Shown here: positions 1 to 9,821 of the stretch, one piece after another
Layout of the letters: the number at the start of each line of letters is the position of its first letter
Numbering within the stretch: position 1 is the stretch's first letter
Assembly: GCA_964433595.1 (NCBI GenBank)
Contig: CAYSRF010000003.1
Location: 1 to 37,398, forward strand
Source: Candidatus Hadarchaeota archaeon
Lineage (GTDB): Archaea > Hadarchaeota > Hadarchaeia > Hadarchaeales > Hadarchaeaceae
Direction: 5' to 3'
Length of the DNA: 37,398 nucleotides
Program-made: the position numbers and the translations under genes
The notes under the pieces: generated by a model
Database searches by the model: none
Told to the model about the DNA's origin: nothing
What the model saw: the letters and a program-made list of their open reading frames with translations, nothing else

Positions 1-2
1 GG

Positions 3-545
3 CGTAAAAAAGTTACAGCCGTGCACAAAGCCAACATAATGAAATATTCGGATGGAATTTTTCTGGAGGCTGCCCGCAAGGTGGCGCAGGAGTTTCCCGA
101 TATAGCATTTGGGGACCGGATTGTTGACAACATGTGCATGCAACTTGTGCAGAAGCCGGAATTATACGACGTAATAGTGGCACCAAATTTGTACGGGGAT
201 ATAATTTCTGATCTCTGTGCTGGCTTGGTGGGTGGACTAGGTGTTGCACCCGGTGGGAACATCGGTGATAAAATCGCGGTTTTTGAACCGACGCATGGCA
301 GCGCCCCCAAATATGCTGGGCTAAACAAGGTGAACCCTACGGCCGCGATTCTCTCAGGGGTGATGATGCTGCGCTATTTAGAGGAAGAAGGCGCTGCACA
401 AAAATTGGAGGATGCTGTGGCCAAGGTAATCGCTGAGGGTAAGTACGTGACCTACGACATGAAAGAGGACCCCAATGATCCCTCAGCCGTAGGCACGAGG
501 GAGATGGCTGAGGCGATATCAGAAAGGATAGAGGACAAGTCCTGA
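3..545 (+). CDS. Isocitrate/isopropylmalate dehydrogenase family protein (5'-truncated by window edge)
   Basis: Frame is open from position 3 ([14 protein letters not shown]...); family motifs [30 protein letters not shown] and NPTAAILS are present. Confidence 0.9.
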   Translation, partial: RKKVTAVHKANIMKYSDGIFLEAARKVAQEFPDIAFGDRIVDNMCMQLVQKPELYDVIVAPNLYGDIISDLCAGLVGGLGVAPGGNIGDKIAVFEPTHGSAPKYAGLNKVNPTAAILSGVMMLRYLEEEGAAQKLEDAVAKVIAEGKYVTYDMKEDPNDPSAVGTREMAEAISERIEDKS

Positions 546-566
546 AAGATGGTTGACAATTCCGTT

Positions 567-1739
567 CTAGAGGGTGAGGAGCAATTTCATGAACTCCTCT
601 CCAACGATGAACCCCAGCGAGCCCATCTTAGCTGAAGATTCGTCAAATTTGAGTTTATCTCCACTTAAGTGAGGCGCATAAATCGCGAATGGAACGGGGT
701 CAGGGACGTGCATTCGGACTTTGATGGGAGTCGGATGGTCCGGCAATACAGCTATTTTGCATCCCTCTGCTCCATCCAAAATCTTGGCTACTAACCTCTT
801 ATCCAAATCTTCTATGGTCTTTATTTTCATCTCTAAATCTCCCACATGTCCGGCTTCATCAGGTGCCTCCACATGTAAGTAAACGAAGTCTTTGCTCTCT
901 AGTGCCTTGAGTGCATACTCTGCTTTTCCTTCATAATTTGTATCGTAATATCCAGTTGCGCCGGGCACGTTGATGATTTCCATCCCGGTGTAAACTCCGA
1001 TGCCTTTTATTAGAGGGACCGCAGAAATCATCGCTGCGCTGATTCCATATTTTTTCTTTATTTTTTCCATCTTGGGTTTTTTTCCATTGCTCCATAACCA
1101 AATCATATTTGCCGGATTTTTTCCCCGCTTAACTCTCGCGATGTTTATTGGATGCTTGGAAAGGATGTCCTTGGACGCCATCATGAACTGGTTAAGCTTT
1201 TGCGCTATTTCGTTATCTCGGGGTTTTATCAAATAATCTGAAATGAGCTCTCCAACGATGTTATGTGGGGGGGCAGTTTGGATGTTCGGGTCGCAGTTCC
1301 TCATAACAAATAGATGCCTGTAGCTAATGCCTGTGTAAAACTCCCCAATTTTAAATTTTTTCATTTCTTCGATCAATTTGCTGGCTTCCTCGGTAGAAAT
1401 GTGTCCAGAAGAATAATCGAAAACCTTTCCGTCTTTCTCGGTGATTAAATTACACCTAAAAGCGGTGTCCTCATCCCCTAGCTTAACTCCCATGCTACCT
1501 GCTTCCAGAGGTCCTCTCCCAGTGTGGTACCTCCTAGGATCGTGGCCCAAAATCGAGAGGTTCGCCACATCTGAGCCTGGAACCATACCATCGGGAACTG
1601 TTTTTAAAATTCCCATTTTTCCTTTGAATGCGATAGAATCCATGTTCGGCTTGTCGGCGACCTCTAAAGGCGTCTTACCACCCAGCTCTTTGAGGGGATA
1701 GTCTGCCATTCCGTCCCCGATTATAACGATGCACTTCAC
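567..1739 (-). CDS. apgM: 2,3-bisphosphoglycerate-independent phosphoglycerate mutase, archaeal type
   Basis: GDGMAD, GSDVANLSILG, GRGPLEA, HVEAPDEAGH and PDHPTP motifs. Confidence 0.92.
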   Translation of the reverse strand: MKCIVIIGDGMADYPLKELGGKTPLEVADKPNMDSIAFKGKMGILKTVPDGMVPGSDVANLSILGHDPRRYHTGRGPLEAGSMGVKLGDEDTAFRCNLITEKDGKVFDYSSGHISTEEASKLIEEMKKFKIGEFYTGISYRHLFVMRNCDPNIQTAPPHNIVGELISDYLIKPRDNEIAQKLNQFMMASKDILSKHPINIARVKRGKNPANMIWLWSNGKKPKMEKIKKKYGISAAMISAVPLIKGIGVYTGMEIINVPGATGYYDTNYEGKAEYALKALESKDFVYLHVEAPDEAGHVGDLEMKIKTIEDLDKRLVAKILDGAEGCKIAVLPDHPTPIKVRMHVPDPVPFAIYAPHLSGDKLKFDESSAKMGSLGFIVGEEFMKLLLTL

Positions 1740-1820
1740 TCTTCTCCCCTTAGAACTTTGTTATTCTAACTCTCTGCTGTCTTTTCAAGTTTTCCTTTGT
1801 TACTGCTCATAATTGAACGC

Positions 1821-2711
1821 TCAAACCAATAGATGGATCATCATAATTAAAAATAATACCACAAACATCAGAAGCGAAAGGTGAGTCGGCCGCCACTTGC
1901 GTTTGAACGCGAGTTTGATATTTTTATATACCATTCCGATATCCCTTTTCATCGCTTTTAGACCCCAAACAAAGATAGAGAAGTAAAGGAAGGCAATGAC
2001 TATCAGAAAAGCTATGGCTAGTGGTAACGCTCCGCGAAATGTTGCCATAATCGAGGGGGAAACGTAGGCCTCGATGGGCGCCGCGAGAAATATCAAAAAT
2101 GCCCCGAATGATGCGAGCACAAGAAAATCCACCAACAATTCTTTAATTTTGCATTTATGTTTTAGGATTTCCCGCCTTTCACCCTTCGAAAGTCCCCACG
2201 ACCACTTTTTCCTCTTTTCTGTTATCGTCATCATGTGCCCCATACCTTTCCAGAAGTTCCAAGCTACTCGCAGGGTAATCGCTACAACAATGAAGATCCC
2301 TGTGAGTTCAAGTATACCGTGAAAGAAGACGCCTGACAAAAATACCAAAAATGTTTCCGCGCCGTAAGCGTGATACCAATATGCGAAATTCATGCCGATC
2401 GCGTACTCGTTGAATGTCAGCGAATGGAAGCCGGAGTAAGTTGGGGTCCAGAGGATGTAGAAACCTGCTACCCTCAAGTTGTTTGACCAATAAAACTTCG
2501 TTCGCGCCCACTCATTCATCTGCGTGACATTCTCAACTGCGTTCTCATAATCCTGCGCCCCTGGTTGCTCTAGAAACTCAGATGACTCGTACGCAAAGAT
2601 GTGGTATCCCGTGCTCAGGGTCATCACAAGCAGACCCAAGGCGATGACGAGGGATATCGCCGAGGAACTCCGCCTGAAAGCCTCGAGCGTTCTTCTAGCT
2701 ATACTCATCAA
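1821..2711 (-). CDS. SpoIIM-like (stage II sporulation protein M family) membrane protein
   Basis: Several hydrophobic segments plus NNLRV, HGILEL and AAPIEAYVSP motifs typical of the SpoIIM family. Confidence 0.6.
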   Translation of the reverse strand: MMSIARRTLEAFRRSSSAISLVIALGLLVMTLSTGYHIFAYESSEFLEQPGAQDYENAVENVTQMNEWARTKFYWSNNLRVAGFYILWTPTYSGFHSLTFNEYAIGMNFAYWYHAYGAETFLVFLSGVFFHGILELTGIFIVVAITLRVAWNFWKGMGHMMTITEKRKKWSWGLSKGERREILKHKCKIKELLVDFLVLASFGAFLIFLAAPIEAYVSPSIMATFRGALPLAIAFLIVIAFLYFSIFVWGLKAMKRDIGMVYKNIKLAFKRKWRPTHLSLLMFVVLFLIMMIHLLV

Positions 2712-3040
2712 TTTGCCTGAAGTTTGTTTGTTTTAGTATCTTGCGCCCGCCCAATAGCTCCCCGAAGGCTCCTCAGAGATCGGCTCGTCACATAGATTCG
2801 TTCCGTAAAAAGTTTGGAAAGTTCTCGCTCGACGATTGAACTCGCCGCTGCATACGGCACCTCTCGCCTCTTCACAAAGATGATGTCATCAGTTTTGTGC
2901 ATCCCGATGAAATGCACGTTTTTGTTTTCAGCGCGTTTTAATGCCCTAAAGATTTTTTCTGCTTTTACCCGTCTAACTTTGAACATATTGAGCCCGCGGA
3001 CGAAGGCGACACCAACCTGCCACTTAGACATAGAGATCAT
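2708..3040 (-). CDS. Small hypothetical protein, DUF1697-like N-terminus
   Basis: VAFVRGLNM resembles the DUF1697 'VALLRGINV' motif; co-oriented and tightly packed behind hisI. Confidence 0.5.
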   Translation of the reverse strand: MISMSKWQVGVAFVRGLNMFKVRRVKAEKIFRALKRAENKNVHFIGMHKTDDIIFVKRREVPYAAASSIVERELSKLFTERIYVTSRSLRSLRGAIGRAQDTKTNKLQAN

Positions 3041-3054
3041 TCATCCGGCTCGGA

Positions 3055-3462
3055 TTAGTCATACACTTCCTCGGGCTTGAACTTTTGCTTGAGTACTCGC
3101 ACGAGCTTACCCCGTTTGAGCTTGCGGTAGAAGCATGAGTAATATCCCTTGTGGCATGCAGCGCCTATCTGCTCGACATCAAAAACCAAGGCATCATCAT
3201 CGCAATCGATCCATACATCACGAACTCGTTGATAGTGCTTCGATCGCTCGCCCTTCAACCATAATTTTCGCCTCGAGCGACTCCAGTAATGCATCAGGCC
3301 CGTCGTCAGAGTTTTCAGTACTGCCTGCCTGGTCTGCTGTGCTACCATGAGGACTTGTTTTGTTCGAAAATCTCGTGCCACAGCTGTGACAAAGCCATCT
3401 CTAAACTTGAGAACTTTTACAATCCCTCGTGCTCTGGCCGGAGTTAATTTCAAAATCATCAC
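3055..3462 (-). CDS. hisI: Phosphoribosyl-AMP cyclohydrolase
   Basis: YWSRSR-LWLKGERS, DCDDDAL and ACHKGYYSCFYR motifs. Confidence 0.95.
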   Translation of the reverse strand: MMILKLTPARARGIVKVLKFRDGFVTAVARDFRTKQVLMVAQQTRQAVLKTLTTGLMHYWSRSRRKLWLKGERSKHYQRVRDVWIDCDDDALVFDVEQIGAACHKGYYSCFYRKLKRGKLVRVLKQKFKPEEVYD

Positions 3463-3749
3463 CGCCGCCTTTGCCTGAGCTCTTCCATGACCTCATCTAG
3501 CCGCACGCCCTTCGCCGCTAGAAGCACCATCAAGTGGAACACTACATCAGCTGCCTCATGTATTATTTCTACTTTTTCATTACTCTTCGCTGCAACGCTG
3601 AATTCTCCGGCTTCCTCCTCGAACTTCCCGATCACTTTGACCTCACCCTTCGCCAGCAAGCTTGATACGTAGGATTCCTGCTTCGGGTTGTCTCGACGGT
3701 CTTCGATCACGGCGAAAACTTCATCCAAAACCTCAGTCCCCATCTTCAC
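3459..3749 (-). CDS. hisE: Phosphoribosyl-ATP pyrophosphohydrolase
   Basis: SYVSSLL, KFEEEAGE and HEAADVVFH motifs; lies in the his operon. Confidence 0.95.
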   Translation of the reverse strand: MKMGTEVLDEVFAVIEDRRDNPKQESYVSSLLAKGEVKVIGKFEEEAGEFSVAAKSNEKVEIIHEAADVVFHLMVLLAAKGVRLDEVMEELRQRRR

Positions 3750-5043
3750 CCTTCTTCAATCTCTTTTTGATGCTTTGAGCGTGCCCCGGGAGACCTTCCA
3801 CCTCTGCGAGCCATTCCGCAACTGCAGCTACTTGCTTTAGTCCACGTTTCGTGAGCTCCTGCACCGTGGGCAGCCTGATGAAGTCCAACACCGAGAGACC
3901 AGAGCATCTCCTAGCTACGCCACCGGTTGGTAGGATGTGATTGGGCCCCACAGCAAAATCGCCCGCTGCTACTGGCGAGTAAGGCCCGACAAAAATTGCG
4001 CCTGCGTTCCTCACCCGCTTCAGAGCCTGCTTTGGGTGCTTTACCATTAGCTCGAGGTGCTCAGGTGCGTAGTCGTTCGCGAACTCTATCGCCTGCTTAA
4101 GATTGGTTGTCACTATTGCCCGCCCATACTTGCTGAGGCCTCGTCGCGCGATTGCTACCCGTGGATTTTCTTTAAGCATTTCCTCAAGGGATTCACAAAC
4201 CCTAGATGCAAGCTCCGACGATGTCGTCACGAGCATCGCCGCTGCCGCTGGGTCATGTTCTGCTTGTGCCAGCATGTCCGCTGCGACGTACGCTGGATTA
4301 GCCGAAGCATCCGCGATGATCAAAATCTCGCTTGGACCTGCGGCAAAATCTACATCCACATTTGGCGCGACCACTTGCTTAGCTGCTACCACATAGACGT
4401 TTCCCGGCCCGACTATCTTATCGACCTTTGGAATCGTCGCAGTGCCATATGCCATCGCTGCTATCGCCTGAGCGCCGCCGACTTTGAAGACTGCACTGAC
4501 ACCTGCCATATCAGCAGCCACTAGTACGGCCGCGTTGACCTTGCCGTCTTTCCTAGGCGGAGTACATGCGATTATTTGCTTGGCCCCCGCAATTCGCGCT
4601 GGGATTGCAGCCATAAGCGCGCTTGAAGGGTAGCTCGCCAATCCACCCGGGATATAAATGCCCACTTTCGCCAAGGGGCGCACGAGTTGCCCGACCCTAA
4701 TGCCTGGCTGAAGCTCTGTTGACCACTCACGTGGAAGCTGCCTGCGGTGAAATTTTTCGATCGCCGACGCCGCGCGCTTGATCGCTTTCACTGTTTTCAC
4801 ATCGACCCGCCTGTAAGCGGCATCTATCTCTCGCCCACTAACAAGAAGTTGCTCTCGATCAAGCTTGACGCCGTCGAGGTTCTTCGTGTATTCGAGGAGG
4901 GCCTCATCCCCCCGCTTCCGCACGTCGGTCACGATTTTGGTCGCTTTAAGCATGACCGATGAGACATCAAGTTCAGAGCGCTTGAGTAACTCCCCCCGCT
5001 CCGCTTGCGAGCATTCCCAAAGGCGGACGATTTTCAGCATCAT
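3733..5043 (-). CDS. hisD: Histidinol dehydrogenase
   Basis: [37 protein letters not shown] and GPNHILPT motifs. Confidence 0.97.
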   Translation of the reverse strand: MMLKIVRLWECSQAERGELLKRSELDVSSVMLKATKIVTDVRKRGDEALLEYTKNLDGVKLDREQLLVSGREIDAAYRRVDVKTVKAIKRAASAIEKFHRRQLPREWSTELQPGIRVGQLVRPLAKVGIYIPGGLASYPSSALMAAIPARIAGAKQIIACTPPRKDGKVNAAVLVAADMAGVSAVFKVGGAQAIAAMAYGTATIPKVDKIVGPGNVYVVAAKQVVAPNVDVDFAAGPSEILIIADASANPAYVAADMLAQAEHDPAAAAMLVTTSSELASRVCESLEEMLKENPRVAIARRGLSKYGRAIVTTNLKQAIEFANDYAPEHLELMVKHPKQALKRVRNAGAIFVGPYSPVAAGDFAVGPNHILPTGGVARRCSGLSVLDFIRLPTVQELTKRGLKQVAAVAEWLAEVEGLPGHAQSIKKRLKKGEDGD

Positions 5044-5052
5044 AATCCCCAG

Positions 5053-5808
5053 TTATACCTTTACCGCCAAGCCACGCTCTCGCAGGTAGCGCTTGACTTG
5101 TTCGACCGTGTAAATGCCAAAATGAAAAATGCTTGCTGCAAGAGCCGCATCAGCTCGACCGATAGTCAACACATCGTAAATGTGCTCAAGTTTACCTGCA
5201 CCACCGGAGGCGATGACTGGTATGTTAACTGCCTCGACTATCGCCCGCGTTCCATCGAGGTCGTAGCCCTCTCGCGTGCCATCAGTATTGATCCCTGTGT
5301 AAAGGATTTCGCCCGCGCCAAGTGACTCGACTTGCTTTGCCCACTCAATCATGTCAATACCTGTAGGTTCCGTCCCGCCACTAATGTAAACCTCCCACTT
5401 TTCTTTTTCGACGCATTTTCCATCGATTGCATTAACTACGCTTTTCTTTCCGAATTCTCGCGAAAGTTTTTGCAGGAGATTTGGATTTTTGACTGCAGCA
5501 GTATTTACGGATACTTTGCTTGCGCCCGCGTCCAAGATTGCCCTAGCGTCCTCAACGCTTCGTATTCCGCCCCCCACCGCTAGAGGAATCGAAATTTGCT
5601 CAGCCACTCTTCGAACCACTTCGATCAACGTCGGTTTGCCTTCCGGAGTCGCGGCGATGTCGAGAAACACGAGTTCGTCCGCGCCTTGTTCCTCATAGCG
5701 CTTCGCAAACTCTGCTGGGTCGCCCACGTTTTTTATATCTTTGAAGTGCACACCTTTGACGAGTTTGCCCCATCTTGTGTCGAGGCAGGACAGAATTCTT
5801 TTATACAC
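5053..5808 (-). CDS. hisF: Imidazole glycerol phosphate synthase cyclase subunit
   Basis: KRILSCLD, GADELVFLDI, VGGGIR, GAGEIL, DGTREGYD and ASGGAG motifs. Confidence 0.96.
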   Translation of the reverse strand: MYKRILSCLDTRWGKLVKGVHFKDIKNVGDPAEFAKRYEEQGADELVFLDIAATPEGKPTLIEVVRRVAEQISIPLAVGGGIRSVEDARAILDAGASKVSVNTAAVKNPNLLQKLSREFGKKSVVNAIDGKCVEKEKWEVYISGGTEPTGIDMIEWAKQVESLGAGEILYTGINTDGTREGYDLDGTRAIVEAVNIPVIASGGAGKLEHIYDVLTIGRADAALAASIFHFGIYTVEQVKRYLRERGLAVKV

Positions 5809-6383
5809 TATATGATCCCCTTCGTGCTCGGCACACCTTTCGCACGAGGCCGCTTACTCACGGCCTTTGCCATCGCTACTCCAAGCGCCTTGAAAATAGC
5901 CTCTGCCTTGTGGTGGTCGTTCTTGCCGCGCAGAACCTTCACGTGCAGGTTGAACCTTCCATTCGTCGCAAGCGTTTGCAACAGGTGGGCTACTAAATCA
6001 CTGCTAAGATCGTCCAACTTCCGCTTTGCGAACTTGGCTTCTATGTCGGGAAAGGCCCTTCCGCTCAAGTCCACCGCGACCATCACCAACGCGTCGTCCA
6101 TAGGCACTATCGCGTCCCCCATGCGCTTGATTCCGACCTTCCTGTCCAAGGCCCGTTCTATGGCCTCACCCAGCACGAGCATTGCATCCTCGGCGATGTG
6201 GTGTTCAAAGTCGCCACGAGCTTTTAGGTCGAGGTCGAAACAACCATGTTTGGCAAAGCTCGCGAGTAGGTGGTTAAAAAACTTGATGGTGGTGTCAACC
6301 CTCGCCTTGCCGCTCCCGTCGAGGTTGATCTTGGCACTAACTTTTGTCTCTTTCGTTTTTCTCTCAGCCTTTCCAACTCTCAT
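5808..6383 (-). CDS. hisB: Imidazoleglycerol-phosphate dehydratase (monofunctional)
   Basis: RKTKET, HHIAED, PMDDAL, NDHHKAEA and PSTKG motifs; no phosphatase domain. Confidence 0.96.
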   Translation of the reverse strand: MRVGKAERKTKETKVSAKINLDGSGKARVDTTIKFFNHLLASFAKHGCFDLDLKARGDFEHHIAEDAMLVLGEAIERALDRKVGIKRMGDAIVPMDDALVMVAVDLSGRAFPDIEAKFAKRKLDDLSSDLVAHLLQTLATNGRFNLHVKVLRGKNDHHKAEAIFKALGVAMAKAVSKRPRAKGVPSTKGII

Positions 6384-7092
6384 CTCCAGCTACCTCCATT
6401 GCTTCTTTTAACGTGAACTTACGCTCGTATAATGCCATCCCGACGACCAGCCCGGCTGCCCCCGTCTCCCGCGCGATGCGCACGTCATCAAGCGTCCCCA
6501 CGCCGCCGGAAGCGAATACTGGTATCTTGACGGCACTCACGAGCTCTCGGATTTCAGGCGCAACCACGCCACGCATGCTTCCCTCAACATCGACGCTCGT
6601 ATACAACAACGAGCCCACACCCATCCGTTCAAATTCTTTCGCCAGCTGGAGCGCCGTTTTTTCAGTCTGAGCGCGCCAGCCCTCGATGGTTACCTTGCCT
6701 GAGCGAGAGTCAAGCGCGATCATGACCCGTGCGCCGCCTGCTAGTTTGACGAGTTCTTTGACGAGTTCGGGACTCTTAATCGCGGCCGTGCCTAAAATCA
6801 CTTTGTTCGTCCCTATCCCCAAGAGTTCGTTCGCCCGCTCAAGTGTTCGAATACCGCCTCCTACTTCCACACCGACTTTAACGTTCGCGAGCACCTCTGC
6901 CACGCGCTTGAAGTTATCACCCACGCCCATCGCGGCATCGAGGTCGATCACATGCAGGTAACTTGCACCCTCCGCCACCCATCGCTGCGCTAGCTCGACC
7001 GGGTCGCCGTAAACCCGCTCAGTTTCGGGCTTGCCTCCAACTAACTGAACGCACCGCCCCTGCCTGATGTCGACGCTTGGTATCACGAGCAA
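6364..7092 (-). CDS. hisA: ProFAR isomerase
   Basis: IPSVDIRQGRCVQL, LHVIDLDAA, VGGGIR and ASGGV motifs. Confidence 0.95.
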   Translation of the reverse strand: MLVIPSVDIRQGRCVQLVGGKPETERVYGDPVELAQRWVAEGASYLHVIDLDAAMGVGDNFKRVAEVLANVKVGVEVGGGIRTLERANELLGIGTNKVILGTAAIKSPELVKELVKLAGGARVMIALDSRSGKVTIEGWRAQTEKTALQLAKEFERMGVGSLLYTSVDVEGSMRGVVAPEIRELVSAVKIPVFASGGVGTLDDVRIARETGAAGLVVGMALYERKFTLKEAMEVAGDESWKG

Positions 7093-7113
7093 CTTTTACA
7101 CCCCTGTAAATTT

Positions 7114-7974
7114 TCACGGCAGCACTCGTTCGATCGGTAGGACAAGGATATCTCTAGCCCCTGCTTGCTTGGCACGTTTCACGACATTGTAGACTTCAGC
7201 TTCATCAACCACCGCTTGAACCGCCAGCATCGCTTCTGCAGCCTCGACACGAGAGATGGTTGGTCCTGCCATCCCCGGCATCACCTGCCTGATTTCTTCA
7301 AGCTTGTCTTCAGGCACGTTCATCAATACTAACTTTTTCCCTCTTGCCTTGACCACGCTACTCATGGCTGTAACGATGTCGTCGATCTTAGCTTTCTTTT
7401 TCCCCAAACTTTGGCGGTTAGCTATCAATCGTGCTGAACTCTCTAGGATTGTATCGATGATCTTCAGCCCGTGTGCACGCAGAGTTGTGCCAGTGCTTGT
7501 TATGTCAACGATCAAATCCGCCAATCCTATTAATGGCGATATTTCAGCAGCTCCCGTGATGTCGACGAGTTCAACCTCAATTCCTTTTTCTGCAAAATAC
7601 CGTTTGGCGATCGTTGGAAATTCAGTTGCCACCCTTACTCCTGTTTTTATGTCGCGTACTGATCTGATGCCAGTTTTCTCACTCGCTGCCACCACCGTGC
7701 GAGTGAAACCATAAGACAGGTCCAGCAATTCGAAGACATCAACATTACTCTCGCACACTAAGTCGTAGCCAGTGATACCCAAGTCAGTCGATCCTCTAGC
7801 AACGAAATCTGGGATGTCTTCAGCTTGTACGAACACTAATTCGATCTCTGGATCGTTTGTTTTAGCGAAGAGCTGGCGTCCGTCTCTACCGATTACTCCA
7901 ATCCCCGCATCTTGGAGCAACTTGACGGTCGTTTCTTCTAGGTGTCCCTTCGGCACGGCAATTTTCACGCTCAT
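7114..7974 (-). CDS. hisG: ATP phosphoribosyltransferase (long form with C-terminal regulatory domain)
   Basis: IAVPKGHL, DLGITGYD, IVDITSTGTTL and C-terminal PGMAGPTI...GARDILVLPIE. Confidence 0.96.
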   Translation of the reverse strand: MSVKIAVPKGHLEETTVKLLQDAGIGVIGRDGRQLFAKTNDPEIELVFVQAEDIPDFVARGSTDLGITGYDLVCESNVDVFELLDLSYGFTRTVVAASEKTGIRSVRDIKTGVRVATEFPTIAKRYFAEKGIEVELVDITGAAEISPLIGLADLIVDITSTGTTLRAHGLKIIDTILESSARLIANRQSLGKKKAKIDDIVTAMSSVVKARGKKLVLMNVPEDKLEEIRQVMPGMAGPTISRVEAAEAMLAVQAVVDEAEVYNVVKRAKQAGARDILVLPIERVLP

Positions 7975-9047
7975 TTTCTCTCACCTTTAAATTTTTTAAG
8001 CATTTGTATGAGTTTCTCATTTTGCGGCCGGGTACCGACAGTTATCCTAACCCACCGCGTTCCGACCCCTCGAAAATTAGAGAGATCTCGTATTAGGATG
8101 TTACGTTTGGCTAGAAATTCACATATCTGCGATGCATCTGTTTTCAAAGGTGAGACATCAACCATGAGGAAGTTGGCATCCGATGGCAACACACGCATCC
8201 CAAGCTTTGATAGCTCACAGCACAAATAGGTGCGCTCCTTCCGCACTTCGGTGACCACTTTACGCAGATACCGCCTATCGCGCAGTGCCTCTATCGCCGC
8301 GACTTGTGCTAGAGTATTTATGTTAAAGGGTGCACGAATTTTCTCGAGTACTTCTATCAATTTTGAATTTCCTACAGCATACCCGACGCGCAGACCGGCA
8401 AGTCCAAACGCCTTAGAAAATGTCCGCAGCACCAGTAGATTCTCTTTTTTCGAGGCCTGTTTCGCTATAGAATAACCAGCAAATTCAGCGTATGCCTCGT
8501 CCACAACAACCAACTTTCCTGTCTTGACCAGCTCATTTAGCCCTTGAATGCTTATGCTGTTCCCAGTAGGATTATTTGGTCTGCCTATGAAAGCCAATTT
8601 TACGGCGGCCATCTCGCGTGCAAGTTCTACAACTCGCCATTCGAAATTTGATAGTTCAATGAACTTTGGCTTTCCGCCATTTATGCGACAAGCTATTTCA
8701 TAAATGCTGAAAGTCGGCAAGGGAATCAATGCCTTGTCTCCAAGGTCGAGAAAAGCTTTACAAATTAAATCGACGATCTCATCCGAACCATTTCCAACCG
8801 CCACGCATTCCCGCCCGACGCCGACGTAGCGGCTTATCGCCAGCTTAAGCTTTGAAGCCCGAGGGTCTGGGTAAGAGCCGATACGCGCTGACGATCGTTT
8901 AAGTGCCTGCAGTACGCGCGGCGAGGGGCCGTAGGGGCTCTCGTTGGAGGCGAGGTTAATGACCTTCCCCCTCTCGATGTCATATTTGCGGGCAAACGGA
9001 TAAGAAATCCGCGAGCGTAACATCTCGCTGACTCGTTTCGAGATCAT
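7971..9047 (-). CDS. hisC: Histidinol-phosphate aminotransferase (start probably ATG 9047 rather than 9104)
   Basis: LASNESPYGPS, GNGSDE, PNNPTG, VVDEAY and RTFSKAFGLAGLRVGY (PLP lysine) motifs. Confidence 0.95.
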   Translation of the reverse strand: MISKRVSEMLRSRISYPFARKYDIERGKVINLASNESPYGPSPRVLQALKRSSARIGSYPDPRASKLKLAISRYVGVGRECVAVGNGSDEIVDLICKAFLDLGDKALIPLPTFSIYEIACRINGGKPKFIELSNFEWRVVELAREMAAVKLAFIGRPNNPTGNSISIQGLNELVKTGKLVVVDEAYAEFAGYSIAKQASKKENLLVLRTFSKAFGLAGLRVGYAVGNSKLIEVLEKIRAPFNINTLAQVAAIEALRDRRYLRKVVTEVRKERTYLCCELSKLGMRVLPSDANFLMVDVSPLKTDASQICEFLAKRNILIRDLSNFRGVGTRWVRITVGTRPQNEKLIQMLKKFKGERK

Positions 9048-9172
9048 ATTTTGCCCCCATAGAGCTGTTTGCTCATGATATAGCATTTCCACGCGGAGTT
9101 CCATCTAAAGGTGAACTTACCTTGCGCGCCAAGTCGCTCAAGCGGCTTTTTTGCTTTAGGAAACTTCCCCAT
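9044..9172 (-). CDS. Putative 42-aa leader ORF (MGKFPKAKKPLERLGAQGKFTFRWNSAWKCYIMSKQLYGGKI) coupled to hisC
   Basis: ATG at 9172 lies about 30 nt downstream of a minus-strand TTTATATA box; its TGA overlaps the hisC ATG (ATGA). Below the ORF-track size cut-off. Confidence 0.45.
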   Translation of the reverse strand: MGKFPKAKKPLERLGAQGKFTFRWNSAWKCYIMSKQLYGGKI

Positions 9173-9203
9173 ACACTTTCCCGCTTAAACTGGCCTATTT
9201 TTG

Positions 9204-9271
9204 TATATAAATTTTACTAATTCAAGCTAAAAGGAAAAATTATTTCCAAAATACCGAAATATTTAAATATT
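9204..9271. promoter_or_regulatory. Divergent promoter region his operon / Lrp gene with putative operator
   Basis: Minus-strand TATA (TTTATATA, 9204-9211); inverted repeat GGAAA-AATTA-TTTCC (9233-9247); palindromic AATATTTAAATATT (9258-9271) containing a plus-strand TATA. Confidence 0.55.
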
Positions 9272-9315
9272 ATCCACCAAAGACCCTATACCGAGACTCT
9301 GCAAAGGCTGGAAAA

Positions 9316-9771
9316 GTGAAAATTATGGAACTCGACAAAACTGACCGAAAGCTACTCAACCTCCTGCAGGGCGATGCCAAGGTGCCCTACGCCAAGCTTG
9401 CCAAGCGGCTAGGCATAAGCTCTTCGGGGATCCACAAGCGGATGAAACGGTTGGTGGATGCAGGGGTTATTAAAAAATTCGTCGTCGTGGTTGATCCTCA
9501 GGCGGTCGGGAAAAAGTTGAAGGCTTTTATCGGCGTTTCCACTTCACCCGGCACCTGCGGGGAGGTAATTGCACAACTCAACCGAAGGCCCGAAGTACTT
9601 GAAGTCCATGAGGTGGTCGGGGAGCACGACCTCTTCCTCAAGCTGATCATCGACGACACGCTGGGACTAAACAAAGTCCTGCACGAAATCGACCGAATTC
9701 CCGGTGTCAGCAGCACGCGAACGCTGGTCGTGCTCAAGACGGAGAAAGAGACGAGTTTGATCCCGGTTTGA
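9316..9771 (+). CDS. Lrp/AsnC family transcriptional regulator
   Basis: LDKTDRKLLNLLQGDAK N-terminal HTH, RMKRLVDAGVIK, and C-terminal RAM domain (EVHEVVGEHD...STRTLVVLK). Confidence 0.93.
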   Translation: MKIMELDKTDRKLLNLLQGDAKVPYAKLAKRLGISSSGIHKRMKRLVDAGVIKKFVVVVDPQAVGKKLKAFIGVSTSPGTCGEVIAQLNRRPEVLEVHEVVGEHDLFLKLIIDDTLGLNKVLHEIDRIPGVSSTRTLVVLKTEKETSLIPV

Positions 9772-9821
9772 TATTTTTCGCTGAAAATTGTTGTATTTAA
9801 GTTGAACGACGATGGCCGAAC

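Noticed and set aside
5596-6411. Long antisense ORFs (e.g. 5596-6411 +, 12171-12770 +, 17639-18358 -, 9970-10302 -)
   Set aside because: They are shadows of well-supported genes on the opposite strand and have no recognisable motifs.
9131-9152. Hairpin plus T-run as a his attenuator terminator
   Set aside because: The T-run is on the plus strand, opposite to his transcription, and the leader ORF has no His codons.
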